Below are positions 36,747 to 46,042 of a stretch of 64,000 nt of DNA, piece by piece (position 1 is the first letter of the stretch; every line of letters begins with the position of its first letter). The notes beneath the pieces are model-generated. The model ran no database searches. It was not told the origin of the DNA and saw only the letters and a program-made list of their open reading frames with translations. The DNA comes from Nibricoccus sp. (GTDB taxonomy: Bacteria > Verrucomicrobiota > Verrucomicrobiia > Opitutales > Opitutaceae): contig JASGHG010000001.1 in NCBI GenBank assembly GCA_047602425.1, forward strand, positions 608,001 to 672,000, written 5' to 3'. Position numbers and translations under genes: made by a program.

Positions 36747-39248
36747 ATGACAATTGCCAACGCGGAAACTCCCGCCGCGCCGCTCCTGCGCGAATACGCC
36801 ATCCCGGATGGCAGCTACGACGAGATGCTTGGGACGGATGGTTTGCCGCGGCCTCATTGGCAGGGTTTGGTTGGTTCGTTTGAGAAGCTCGGAACTGCCG
36901 AACTCTTTGCCCGCCGTGATGCCGCCACACGGGTGCTTCGCGAAAATGGCGTCACTTACAATATCTATGGCGACGAACATGGCCTCGGCCGTCCGTGGTC
37001 CCTCGATCTCGTGCCAATGCTGATTTCGCACGCTGAATGGCGGCAAATCGAGGAAGGCATTACCCAGCGCACTCGCCTGCTCAATCTCATCCTCGCCGAC
37101 TTGTACGGGCCGCAACGTCTGCTGCGCAACGGCGTCATCCCGCCCGCGCTCATCCACGCGAATCCGGCCTTTCTTCGTCCTTGTCACGGCATCTTGCCGG
37201 CGGAAAATTTGTTTCTCTTTCTTCATGCCGTTGATCTCGCGCGCTCGCCCGACGGTCGCTGGTGGGTTTTGTCCGACCGTACGCAGGCTCCTTCCGGCGC
37301 CGGTTATGTGCTGGAAAATCGCAACGTCCTCTCGCGCGTGTTGCCTGATGAGTTCCGGCAATTGCGCGCGGAGCGGCTCACCAACTTCTTTCAACGGATG
37401 GGGGATAAACTGCGCAACGTTGCAACGCAAGCCCGCGGCCAGCCCAATGTCGTTCTCCTCACGCCTGGCCCCTACAACGAAACTTATGGTGAGCATGTTT
37501 ACCTCGCACGACATCTTGGTTTTTCCCTCGTCGAGGGTGGAGACCTTACCGTCCGCAATCAGCACGTCTTCCTAAAAACCCTCGAAGGGCTTCAGACCGT
37601 CGATGTGATCATTCGTCGTTCCGACGATACCTACTGCGATCCTCTGGAATTTCGCTCCGATTCCGTCCTTGGCGTTCCGGGCCTGCTTGAAGCCGCCCGG
37701 GCGGGCAATGTTGTCATTGCAAATGCCCTTGGTTCCGGCGCGGTTGAGACGCCCGCGCTGGCGGCATTTCTGCCGGGGCTTTGTCGGTATCTGCTGGGAG
37801 AAGAACTCAAGCTGCCTTCGACCGCCACGTGGTGGTGCGGACAGGAAAAGGAACACCAGTATGTCCGCGAACATCTGCAAGACCTGGTGATCAAACCCGC
37901 CTTTGCACGACAACGAAGCGGGCCGTTTTTCGCCGGACGCGCCACTGCCAAAGATCGCGACAAGCTTCTCGACCAGATGCAACAGGCGCCCTTCAACTTC
38001 GTCGCCCAGGAGTGTCTCTCTTTCAGTACAGCGCCAGTCCTTGAAGGCAGCCGATTCCGCCCACGCACCGTCGCCCTGCGCACGTTTGTCAGCGCTTCAA
38101 GCGACGGCTACAAGGCCCTGCCAGGCGGTCTCACCCGTTTTTCCCGTTCACCCGAACAGTTTATTATCTCCATGCAGAATGATGGTGCGAGCAAGGACAC
38201 CTGGGTCCTCGGTGAAGGTCCGACCGTCCAACTGAATCTGCAAATTCCCACCACACCGGCGGTATGGCGGGAGCGTGCAGCCGCCGAAGTGCCGAGTCGC
38301 GTGGCTGACAATCTCTTCTGGCTGGGCCGCTATGCCGAGCGCATGGAGGATACCTTGCGGCTCCTGCGCTGTGTCCTAGGTCGAATATCGGGAGAAGACG
38401 GTATGGAGGACACGCCCGAACTCACCGCCCTGGTGCGGCTGCTCGCGCAACTTGAACTTTTCCCACAAAACTTCCGCGACAAACACACCATTGTCGGAGT
38501 GGAGAGCGAGGTCTATCAACTCATTTACCGAACCAATCGTCTTGGTTCAGTCAGGGAACTGCACGGACGCCTTACCACTATTGCCTTTTCCCTCCGCGAT
38601 CGCTTCACTGCCGACACTTGGCGCATTCTCAATCGACTACAAATTGAGCCCAGCCAGCGCACCGGCCGCACACCGGTTTCCGAAATGATGGCGCTGCTCG
38701 ACATGCTCATCGTCAATCTCGCCGCCTTCGCCGGCATGGAGATGGAAAATATGACTCGTGGCCATGGCTGGCGCTTTCTCGATATCGGTCGTCGCTTGGA
38801 GCGCGCCGCCAACATTGGTACACTGGTGCACGCCGCTCTCACGGTGCAGTCCACGGGTCTGGACACGCTCGGTTCTGTCCTGGAAATCGCGGACAGTGTC
38901 ATGACTTACCGTCGCCGATATTTTTCCCAGCCACAATGGCCTCCCGCGCTCGAACTTCTTTTCGCCGACGATTCAAATCCGCGCTCGCTCGCTTTCCAAA
39001 TCACCGCGCTCGTCGATCATCTTGATAATCTTCCTAAGGACCAGGGCCGGGACCAAAACCGCCACGAAGCAGAAGCTCTGCGCGATTTGATCAACGATTC
39101 GAACTGGCCCAGCCTAGCCCACGCTCAGCTCGCTAACGGCGACGTGCGCCTTGATGAGATCATGTTGAGAATCTCCACCCATCTTCGCGGAATTTCCGAC
39201 GCCCTAACCCGCCAGTATTTCAGCCACGCCACTTCGCGTGCCAGTTGA
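36747..39248 (+). CDS. Circularly permuted ATP-grasp fused to an alpha-E domain
   Basis: GVTYNIYG, SDRTQAPSGAGY, LLTPGPYNETY and SKDTWV; then PSRVADNLFWLGRYAER, GRRLERA and NPRSLAFQ. Confidence 0.93.
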   Translation: MTIANAETPAAPLLREYAIPDGSYDEMLGTDGLPRPHWQGLVGSFEKLGTAELFARRDAATRVLRENGVTYNIYGDEHGLGRPWSLDLVPMLISHAEWRQIEEGITQRTRLLNLILADLYGPQRLLRNGVIPPALIHANPAFLRPCHGILPAENLFLFLHAVDLARSPDGRWWVLSDRTQAPSGAGYVLENRNVLSRVLPDEFRQLRAERLTNFFQRMGDKLRNVATQARGQPNVVLLTPGPYNETYGEHVYLARHLGFSLVEGGDLTVRNQHVFLKTLEGLQTVDVIIRRSDDTYCDPLEFRSDSVLGVPGLLEAARAGNVVIANALGSGAVETPALAAFLPGLCRYLLGEELKLPSTATWWCGQEKEHQYVREHLQDLVIKPAFARQRSGPFFAGRATAKDRDKLLDQMQQAPFNFVAQECLSFSTAPVLEGSRFRPRTVALRTFVSASSDGYKALPGGLTRFSRSPEQFIISMQNDGASKDTWVLGEGPTVQLNLQIPTTPAVWRERAAAEVPSRVADNLFWLGRYAERMEDTLRLLRCVLGRISGEDGMEDTPELTALVRLLAQLELFPQNFRDKHTIVGVESEVYQLIYRTNRLGSVRELHGRLTTIAFSLRDRFTADTWRILNRLQIEPSQRTGRTPVSEMMALLDMLIVNLAAFAGMEMENMTRGHGWRFLDIGRRLERAANIGTLVHAALTVQSTGLDTLGSVLEIADSVMTYRRRYFSQPQWPPALELLFADDSNPRSLAFQITALVDHLDNLPKDQGRDQNRHEAEALRDLINDSNWPSLAHAQLANGDVRLDEIMLRISTHLRGISDALTRQYFSHATSRAS

Positions 39249-39251
39249 ACC

Positions 39252-40118
39252 GTGCCCTACCAGATCACTCATCGTACTACATATAGCTATCTCAACGACG
39301 TTACGTTTTCTCAGCACGTCGCGCATCTGCGACCGCGCACTTTCCCCGGCCACACCTGCCTCTCGCACGAGCTTAGCATCTCTCCGCCACCAGCCCAACT
39401 TTCGACTCGAGAAGACTATTTTGGCAATACCACCCACTCGTTCACTCTGTCCGGCTCGCATAAGGAACTGGTTATTACCTCTAAAAGTACGGTCGAAATC
39501 GCTCCACGAAAATGGCCCCAGCCAGCCAAGACGTCCGCATGGAACGCCTTGATAAACTCGCGAAGCGAACTTCTGCCCCTGGAGGCACAGGAATATATTT
39601 TCCCGTCCAACTACGTGCCGACGTCGCAGGAATTGATTTCTTATGCGTCACTCTCTTTCGCTCCAGACCGGCCTCTGCTCGAAGCAGCCAGCGATTTGAT
39701 GAGCCGCATCCATTCCGAGTTCACTTTCGATCCCACCGCAACCACGGTTGCCACACCCATCGAAACGGTCCTGCAAAAGCGTCGGGGCGTCTGCCAGGAT
39801 TTCGCTCACCTGCAGATTGCCTGCCTCCGCAGTCTCGGACTGCCCGCCCGTTACGTTAGCGGTTATTTGGAAACTTTGCCGCCTCCTGGGAAAACCAAAC
39901 TCGTGGGAGCCGATGCCTCGCATGCCTGGCTTCAAATTTTCGTTCCCGATTTTGGTTGGATCGACCTTGATCCCACCAACAACACGTTGCCAAACTCTCG
40001 TCATATCACTGTCGCCTGGGGCCGTGACTTCGACGACGTCACGCCGATCCGCGGCGTCATCAGCGGCGGCGGCCGGCATAGTCTCGCCGTCGCCGTGGAC
40101 GTGGTGCTCACGTCCTGA
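39252..40118 (+). CDS. Transglutaminase-family protein
   Basis: GVCQDFAH, ARYVSGYL, ASHAW, DPTNN and GRDFDDV.P. Confidence 0.95.
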   Translation: MPYQITHRTTYSYLNDVTFSQHVAHLRPRTFPGHTCLSHELSISPPPAQLSTREDYFGNTTHSFTLSGSHKELVITSKSTVEIAPRKWPQPAKTSAWNALINSRSELLPLEAQEYIFPSNYVPTSQELISYASLSFAPDRPLLEAASDLMSRIHSEFTFDPTATTVATPIETVLQKRRGVCQDFAHLQIACLRSLGLPARYVSGYLETLPPPGKTKLVGADASHAWLQIFVPDFGWIDLDPTNNTLPNSRHITVAWGRDFDDVTPIRGVISGGGRHSLAVAVDVVLTS

Positions 40119-40184
40119 CTTCCCTCCTCAAAACTGTACTGTTTCCCCGTGCAGCCAAGCACGGGCCGCTTTTCTCCAAAATTG

Positions 40185-42080
40185 TCAGATCCCAATCGGC
40201 TCTTTTTCCTCCATGGCCACCATAGCTTTTTCTGCCGTGGCCAAACGCCGTTTGCCTAGTAACTCGTTCAATTGCCGGACACTCTCTTCCAACGTCTCGA
40301 CTTGATTCTGCATCGAAAGGGCCGTGCCCGCCGTTTCTTCAGCCGTGGCGGCCATGTTTTGCGCAATCTCCTTTTGCTGGCCCACCGATGTATTGATTCT
40401 CCCAATACTTCCGGCCTGCTCGATCGAGTTCTCGTTGATCTTGGTGACAATCTTGTCGATCGCCCGGATTCCCTCGGAAACTTTCTTGAACCGGGTGGCG
40501 AGTTCGTCCGATTTGGAAATCGCCGACGCCGTGCTTTGCGTGGAGTTTTGGATCAAATCAGCGGTTTCGCGGGCGGCCTCCGCGCAGCGACGAGCCAGTT
40601 GCCTCACTTCGTCGGCCACCACGGCAAAACCCGCACCCGCCTCTCCGGCCCGCGCCGCCTCCACAGCGGCATTGAGGGCCAGCAGATTCGTTTGGAACGA
40701 GATGTCGTTGATGCGCGAAATGATCTGATTAATCTTCTGCCCCGAATCGCGCGCCGAGTTCATCGTGGCGTCGAGTTCGTCGATCATAGCCAGACCAGCA
40801 TCGACCGACGTTCGGGTCTCGTGCGTGGTCCGCGCAGCGTCGGCCGCGTGCGCCTTGTTCGTTTCCGCAACCTTCGACACATCGGCAACGCTGGTGCCGA
40901 TCAGATCGACCGCGGCTGCATAGTTCGACGTGTCGCCGGCAATGCGTTCGCCCGCGCTCGACAGCTGTTCCGAGGCCGCGTGAACGTCCTCGGAAGCACT
41001 CGAAAGATTTTGGGAGACGCCAAACAACGTGCGCTGCGTGCTGCGCGTAATGGCCATGTTGATGCCGATGCTCACGACGAGCGTGGCCACGATGATCGCC
41101 CCCATGTTGATCGCCTGCCGTTGTTGCTGACGAGCCGCCGCCAGAAGCGCCTTGTCGGCCTCGGCAAAAGCATGTTCGTAGACTGTGGCGTAAGCGGCGA
41201 AGTGCCGCTCCAGCAGATCATGCAGGTTCAGCTCCTTGAGAAGCGGTGGCGGTGGTGTCGTTTTTTCCGCGAGAATGCCGGTCTGGTCCTGCATGAACTT
41301 ATAGAAGTTGCCATCGTCGCTGGATGGCCTAACCGTCGTCTTGAAGTAAGCTCGAAGTTCGGGTCTGAACTTCAGCAAATAGTATTCGTTTTCGGTAGAA
41401 ACAATGAACTGTCTGCGTAAAAGCGTAAGTTCCAGCGCAGGGAGGCCGCCGTGCAGGAGTGCGAATTCCATCAAGCGCATCGAGACCAGCTCCTGTTGAT
41501 TGATCTTCTGGATCGCAAGGATCGCGTCGAAATAGTTAAGCGAAACCGGCGTGTTCAACCGCATTCTATAACCTTCGCCTATCAACAGCGCGTTGTAGGT
41601 CATTTTTATGTAGCGCTGAAAAACGTCGCCCGAGAGACTGCTGCCTTCCAGGGTATTCTTTCGCAAAAGCGTCAGGGCGTCGCCTAGGTCGGTCTTCACC
41701 TGCTGGACCTTGTCCTCGAAATGCTTCGCGTAGGGACCGCGTGCAAGCCGGTCGAGTCGTTCCAAAACCACCGCGCCAACCTGCTCGGTGTGCGGGAAAC
41801 AGGACTTGAATTTCTGCTGGATCTGCGGATCAGTTCGGTTTGAAAAGAGCTCCATCGCGGCCATCCGCTCGCTCATTAGCGCATCGGTGAAATTCGTGAG
41901 CGCTGCCACTTCTTCTTTGTAAGCCGCCAGGCTGCCGGCATCATCCAGATAGCTTCGATGCTCGGCGTAGAGTTTGCGAAACGACATCTGTCCAATGCCT
42001 ATCACAGCAATAATCGGTAAAGCTGAGATCAGGATCAGACGCTGAGGGATGGTAAGGCGGAAATGGAGTCGCTTCCACAT
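40185..42080 (-). CDS. Methyl-accepting chemotaxis protein with a large helical periplasmic sensor (possibly NIT-like)
   Basis: Two TM segments; signalling hairpin [34 protein letters not shown]. Confidence 0.88.
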   Translation of the reverse strand: MWKRLHFRLTIPQRLILISALPIIAVIGIGQMSFRKLYAEHRSYLDDAGSLAAYKEEVAALTNFTDALMSERMAAMELFSNRTDPQIQQKFKSCFPHTEQVGAVVLERLDRLARGPYAKHFEDKVQQVKTDLGDALTLLRKNTLEGSSLSGDVFQRYIKMTYNALLIGEGYRMRLNTPVSLNYFDAILAIQKINQQELVSMRLMEFALLHGGLPALELTLLRRQFIVSTENEYYLLKFRPELRAYFKTTVRPSSDDGNFYKFMQDQTGILAEKTTPPPPLLKELNLHDLLERHFAAYATVYEHAFAEADKALLAAARQQQRQAINMGAIIVATLVVSIGINMAITRSTQRTLFGVSQNLSSASEDVHAASEQLSSAGERIAGDTSNYAAAVDLIGTSVADVSKVAETNKAHAADAARTTHETRTSVDAGLAMIDELDATMNSARDSGQKINQIISRINDISFQTNLLALNAAVEAARAGEAGAGFAVVADEVRQLARRCAEAARETADLIQNSTQSTASAISKSDELATRFKKVSEGIRAIDKIVTKINENSIEQAGSIGRINTSVGQQKEIAQNMAATAEETAGTALSMQNQVETLEESVRQLNELLGKRRLATAEKAMVAMEEKEPIGI

Positions 42081-42215
42081 AGGGATGGACGGTTATGTTT
42101 CGTCACCCGTCTCCCAAACTTAAGTCCTACTTATACAACGTCTGCCGCAGTAATATCTCTTCCAGTCTGAACTCCGACGTTGAGCTCGCCAGCTCGTTTC
42201 CCAACATCAGCCGTC

Positions 42216-44165
42216 ATGTCGCCAAAAAACGTCATTCCAGAACGTATCGCCGAAGCATTGATGCGCTTCCCGCCGTTTTCGATGCTGCCCGAAAAAGAGG
42301 TGCATGCGCTCGCCAGTGTCGCGACGGTTTGGATGGTGCCGGCCGGTGAAACCGTGTGGAAACAGGGCGAACAGCCGGGCGACGACGTCCTCTTTCTTGC
42401 CCGCGGCCGCGTGGAATATGTGTGGAATCACGAGGAACGCAGTGAGCGCGTGGACGTGCGGGATGTCGGAGATGTGCTCGGCCTGAGCGCCCTGGTGCGA
42501 AACGAGCCTTTCCGCGTCACTGCTCAAGCGCTCGAAGACAGTCTTTTTTATGGCATGCCTTGGGCGCGAGTCCGGGTGTTGCTCGACCAAAACGACGCCG
42601 CGCGCAACTACGTGCGCCGCCATTTATTTTGGGCGGTGCGCGTCGGCAGTCCGATCGAATTTTCCGAGCCCACCGAATCCAGCGTGGCCGGCCGCGCAAA
42701 AAACATTCTGCAAGCCCATCTCGACGGCGCCCAGATCGTGCAACCGCGCTCGGCCGAACGTCTGCTCACCTGCGGGCCCGACGCCAGTATCCATGAAGCC
42801 GCTACACTCATGTCGTCAAAACGCGTGCCGTCCGTCCTCGTGGTGGACGAAAAGCGGTGGCCTCTCGGCATCGTGACCAGCAACACCTTGGTCAAACACG
42901 TCATCGTGGACGGCCTCGACAAGGCCGAGCCGGTCTCGCGAATCATGGCCAGCCCGGTCTTCACCGTCGCGCCACGCTCCAGCGCCACCGCGGCCACTTT
43001 GCTCATGCTGCGCGAACGGATTGGCCAAGTTTGCGTTACCGAGGACGGCACGCCGCTTAGCCCCGCTCTCGACGTTTGCACCCACAAGGACTTGCTCGCC
43101 CAAAGCGGACATCACCCCGCCGGCCTCTTGCGAGAAATACGTTTCGCACGGTCTCCCGCGCGTTTCCGTGAACTGTGCGATGAAATCCAAACCATCGCAC
43201 AGAGCTATCTCGACGCCGGCGTATCCGCTATCTATCTCGGGCAAATCACCGCCGAACTCTACGATGAGCTCGCCCAACGTCTCCTCGCGCTCTCCATCGA
43301 CGAACTCGCCGAGGAAGGCACGCGGTTTCCCCGTCTTTCGTGGGCGTGGATGTCGGTCGGCAGCGACGGTCGACGCGAACAAATTCTGCGGACCGACATG
43401 GACAACGCCCTGGTTTTCGCGCCGTCGCTGACGCCGCAGGAAGACGACCAGGCGCGCGCCATATTTGTGCAGCTCGCCAGCCGCGTGATCGAAAAACTCG
43501 CCGCCGCCGGGTTCGCGCGCTGCCAGGGCGGAGTCATGGCGCTCAATCCCAAATGGTGCCGAACCACGACGGAGTGGATAAAAGAAATTGAATCGCTCGA
43601 TGCTTCCGCCGGCGGGGAGCCGCTGCTCCGCGCCACCGTGCTTTACGACCTTCGCTATGTCGCGGGCGACCGGGATCTCTGCGACCGGCTTCGCGAAAAG
43701 ATTCAGCAAACCGTCACCAACTCACCAGGCCTGCAACGCCGCCTGGCCGAACTCATCATCGATACCGCCCCGCCGCTCAACTTCATCGGCCGCTTCGTTG
43801 TCGAAACACTCGGTATCGGCAATCAGGAATTCGATCTGAAATCCCGCGGCATGGCCCCGCTCCGCGACGCCGCCCGCCTTTTCACCCTCAAACATCAGCT
43901 TAGCCGCCATTATTCCACTGGCGGACGTTGGGACGAGCTTCGCCGCACCGTGCCGGCCATGCGCGAGACCGCTGCGCTCGCCCGCGAAGCCTACGATTTT
44001 CTCCTTCGTCTGCGCACGCTCAATGGTCTGCGTCGCGGCGACTCCGGTCGTCACCTCGATCCTTCGACCCTCACCAAACTTGAGCGCGCCCAGCTCGCGA
44101 ACGTTTTCGACGTCGTGCGCACCGTGCAACAAATCGTGCAGGTCGAATTTCCTCAAAACCGGTGA
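42216..44165 (+). CDS. cNMP-binding / CBS / DUF294 nucleotidyltransferase-like protein
   Basis: N-terminal cNMP-binding-like domain, CBS pair, nucleotidyltransferase motif GSDGRREQ...TDMDNAL, GGVMALNPKW and FDLK..G..P. Confidence 0.9.
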   Translation: MSPKNVIPERIAEALMRFPPFSMLPEKEVHALASVATVWMVPAGETVWKQGEQPGDDVLFLARGRVEYVWNHEERSERVDVRDVGDVLGLSALVRNEPFRVTAQALEDSLFYGMPWARVRVLLDQNDAARNYVRRHLFWAVRVGSPIEFSEPTESSVAGRAKNILQAHLDGAQIVQPRSAERLLTCGPDASIHEAATLMSSKRVPSVLVVDEKRWPLGIVTSNTLVKHVIVDGLDKAEPVSRIMASPVFTVAPRSSATAATLLMLRERIGQVCVTEDGTPLSPALDVCTHKDLLAQSGHHPAGLLREIRFARSPARFRELCDEIQTIAQSYLDAGVSAIYLGQITAELYDELAQRLLALSIDELAEEGTRFPRLSWAWMSVGSDGRREQILRTDMDNALVFAPSLTPQEDDQARAIFVQLASRVIEKLAAAGFARCQGGVMALNPKWCRTTTEWIKEIESLDASAGGEPLLRATVLYDLRYVAGDRDLCDRLREKIQQTVTNSPGLQRRLAELIIDTAPPLNFIGRFVVETLGIGNQEFDLKSRGMAPLRDAARLFTLKHQLSRHYSTGGRWDELRRTVPAMRETAALAREAYDFLLRLRTLNGLRRGDSGRHLDPSTLTKLERAQLANVFDVVRTVQQIVQVEFPQNR

Positions 44166-44180
44166 AAATCGGCAGAATTT

Positions 44181-44296
44181 GTCACAGAGAATACAGAGCT
44201 CGGACACAGAAAGCAGAGAGAGAGAGAGAAACCCAATGCCTTCCCTTTCTTTCTGACTCCGTGGCCTCTGTGTCCGAGCTCTGTGCCCTCTGTGGC
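44181..44296. repeat. CACAGAG...CTCTGTG inverted repeat element (second copy)
   Basis: Shares ctctgtgtccgagctctgtg (44266-44285) exactly with 24408-24427. Confidence 0.85.
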
Positions 44297-44326
44297 CAAA
44301 ACTTCTTATATCCCCAAAATTAAGCC

Positions 44327-45004
44327 ATGCTCTGGTTTCGCAAAACACCTCTCCCGCCGATCATTCAGAACTACATTGAGGCGACGCCAAAACGCATTCC
44401 CGGAAAAACGCCGCTTAACGAACTCCTTTTCATCGCGCTGGATTGCGAAACGACAGGCTTCAACTCGCAGCAGGATCGCATGCTTTCGCTCGCCATTGCG
44501 GAGTTGCGCGGAGGTCGTTTGCACATCGCGCGCTCCGCGGCTTGGATCTTTCGACAGAATCGGCCGGTAACGCAGGCGGTTTCGGTTCACGGCATTCTCC
44601 CTTCGGACACCGCCGTTGGCCAGCCCGAGCCCGACATCCTGCTCGAACTCCTTCCCCGGTTGCACAACGCGATCATTGTCGGCCACCACATCGGGTTCGA
44701 TGTCGCCATGTTGAACGCGGCCATGAAGCGTCACTTCAAGGCAAGCCTGCGTAATCAAATTCTGGATACCGGCCGTTTCGCGATGCAAGCCGTCGAGGCT
44801 TTCGCTCGCACCGGATATCCCGGCCAGCGCGAACCCACGCTCGACGAGGTTTGCAGCCAATGCGACATCACGCCCACTGACCGGCATACGGCCGACGGCG
44901 ATACCTTCACCACCGCCACGCTCTTTCTTGCGATGTGCGCCCGTCGCCAGCGCCAATTAGGCCGCCCCCTGCGCGCGAACGATCTGCCATTGGCACCGGC
45001 ATAA
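44327..45004 (+). CDS. DEDDh 3'-5' exonuclease (DnaQ-like)
   Basis: ALDCETTG, VHGI, VGHHIGFD and RHTADGD. Confidence 0.9.
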   Translation: MLWFRKTPLPPIIQNYIEATPKRIPGKTPLNELLFIALDCETTGFNSQQDRMLSLAIAELRGGRLHIARSAAWIFRQNRPVTQAVSVHGILPSDTAVGQPEPDILLELLPRLHNAIIVGHHIGFDVAMLNAAMKRHFKASLRNQILDTGRFAMQAVEAFARTGYPGQREPTLDEVCSQCDITPTDRHTADGDTFTTATLFLAMCARRQRQLGRPLRANDLPLAPA

Positions 45005-45063
45005 GACACAATGGCCGCTGCGCCATTGCCTTGTCGCGGCGGTCGGGTTTTATTGGCGGGCCT

Positions 45064-45975
45064 GTGAATCCTGGATCTCTTCGTACCGTCGCTATTTTAT
45101 CCGCCATCCTCCTTGGCTCGCTTATTCCGCAGGCACAGGCCGGGGCTTTTCTCATCCGCTGGCTGATCATCACGATGCTCTTCATCGTGTTTTTGCAAAC
45201 GCGGCTTTCACGCGAAGCGTTGCAGCGCAGTCACGGCTGGTTGCTCGCGGCCAATATCGCGATGGGTTTTGTCGGCTGGTGTCTCGGTTGGCTGATAGGT
45301 GGACGGGAACTCGCGCTCGCCGGATTTTTTTGCGGAATCACGCCCACAGCTTCCGCCGCTCCGGTGATCATGAATTTCCTGCGGGGGCGCGTGGACTACG
45401 TGGTCGCGGCGTTTTTGCTCACCAATCTTTTGGTGGCGGCGCTCCTGCCAGTGCTGATGCCGTTGATGCTCGGCCGCGTCGTGCCGCGGTTGTTTGCCGA
45501 CGTGTTCGGGAGTGTGGGGTTCGTCGTATTTGTGCCGCTCGTCGTGGCTTTGCTGGTGCGAAAAGTTCACCCGTCCGCCACTGAATGGCCGAAGCGCCTG
45601 CGCAATGTTTCCTTTAGTCTGTGGGTGGCGACCATGTTCCTCATCACCGCGCGGGTTTCGGCCTTCCTGCGCGAGCATCGCGAAATCCCCGTGCAAGTGG
45701 TCCTGACAATCGCGGCGTTGTCCTGTGTTTTATGCGTTGCGAATTTTTCGCTCGGACGCTGGATCGGCGGCCGCGAGTTCGCCCGGGAAGCCAGTCAGTC
45801 CCTCGGCCAGAAAAATACCGCGTTTACCATTTACCTCGCCCTCGCCTACGCGAGCCCGCTCGTCGCTCTCGGCCCGACCTGCTATGTTCTCTGGCACAAC
45901 CTCTGGAATTCCTGGCAACTTCACCAACAAGCCCGTGCGGAAAGCGGCGTGGGAACGGCAAAGGCCACGCATTGA
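45064..45975 (+). CDS. Bile acid:sodium symporter (BASS)-like transporter
   Basis: Multiple TM helices, PTASAAPVI and SLGQKNT. GTG start inferred. Confidence 0.8.
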   Translation: MNPGSLRTVAILSAILLGSLIPQAQAGAFLIRWLIITMLFIVFLQTRLSREALQRSHGWLLAANIAMGFVGWCLGWLIGGRELALAGFFCGITPTASAAPVIMNFLRGRVDYVVAAFLLTNLLVAALLPVLMPLMLGRVVPRLFADVFGSVGFVVFVPLVVALLVRKVHPSATEWPKRLRNVSFSLWVATMFLITARVSAFLREHREIPVQVVLTIAALSCVLCVANFSLGRWIGGREFAREASQSLGQKNTAFTIYLALAYASPLVALGPTCYVLWHNLWNSWQLHQQARAESGVGTAKATH

Positions 45976-46042
45976 TCACGCAACTTTTACCTCCGCCGGA
46001 CGTCTAATCTTTCCCCGGCGCGGTCCCTCCCGCCGTCGTGCC

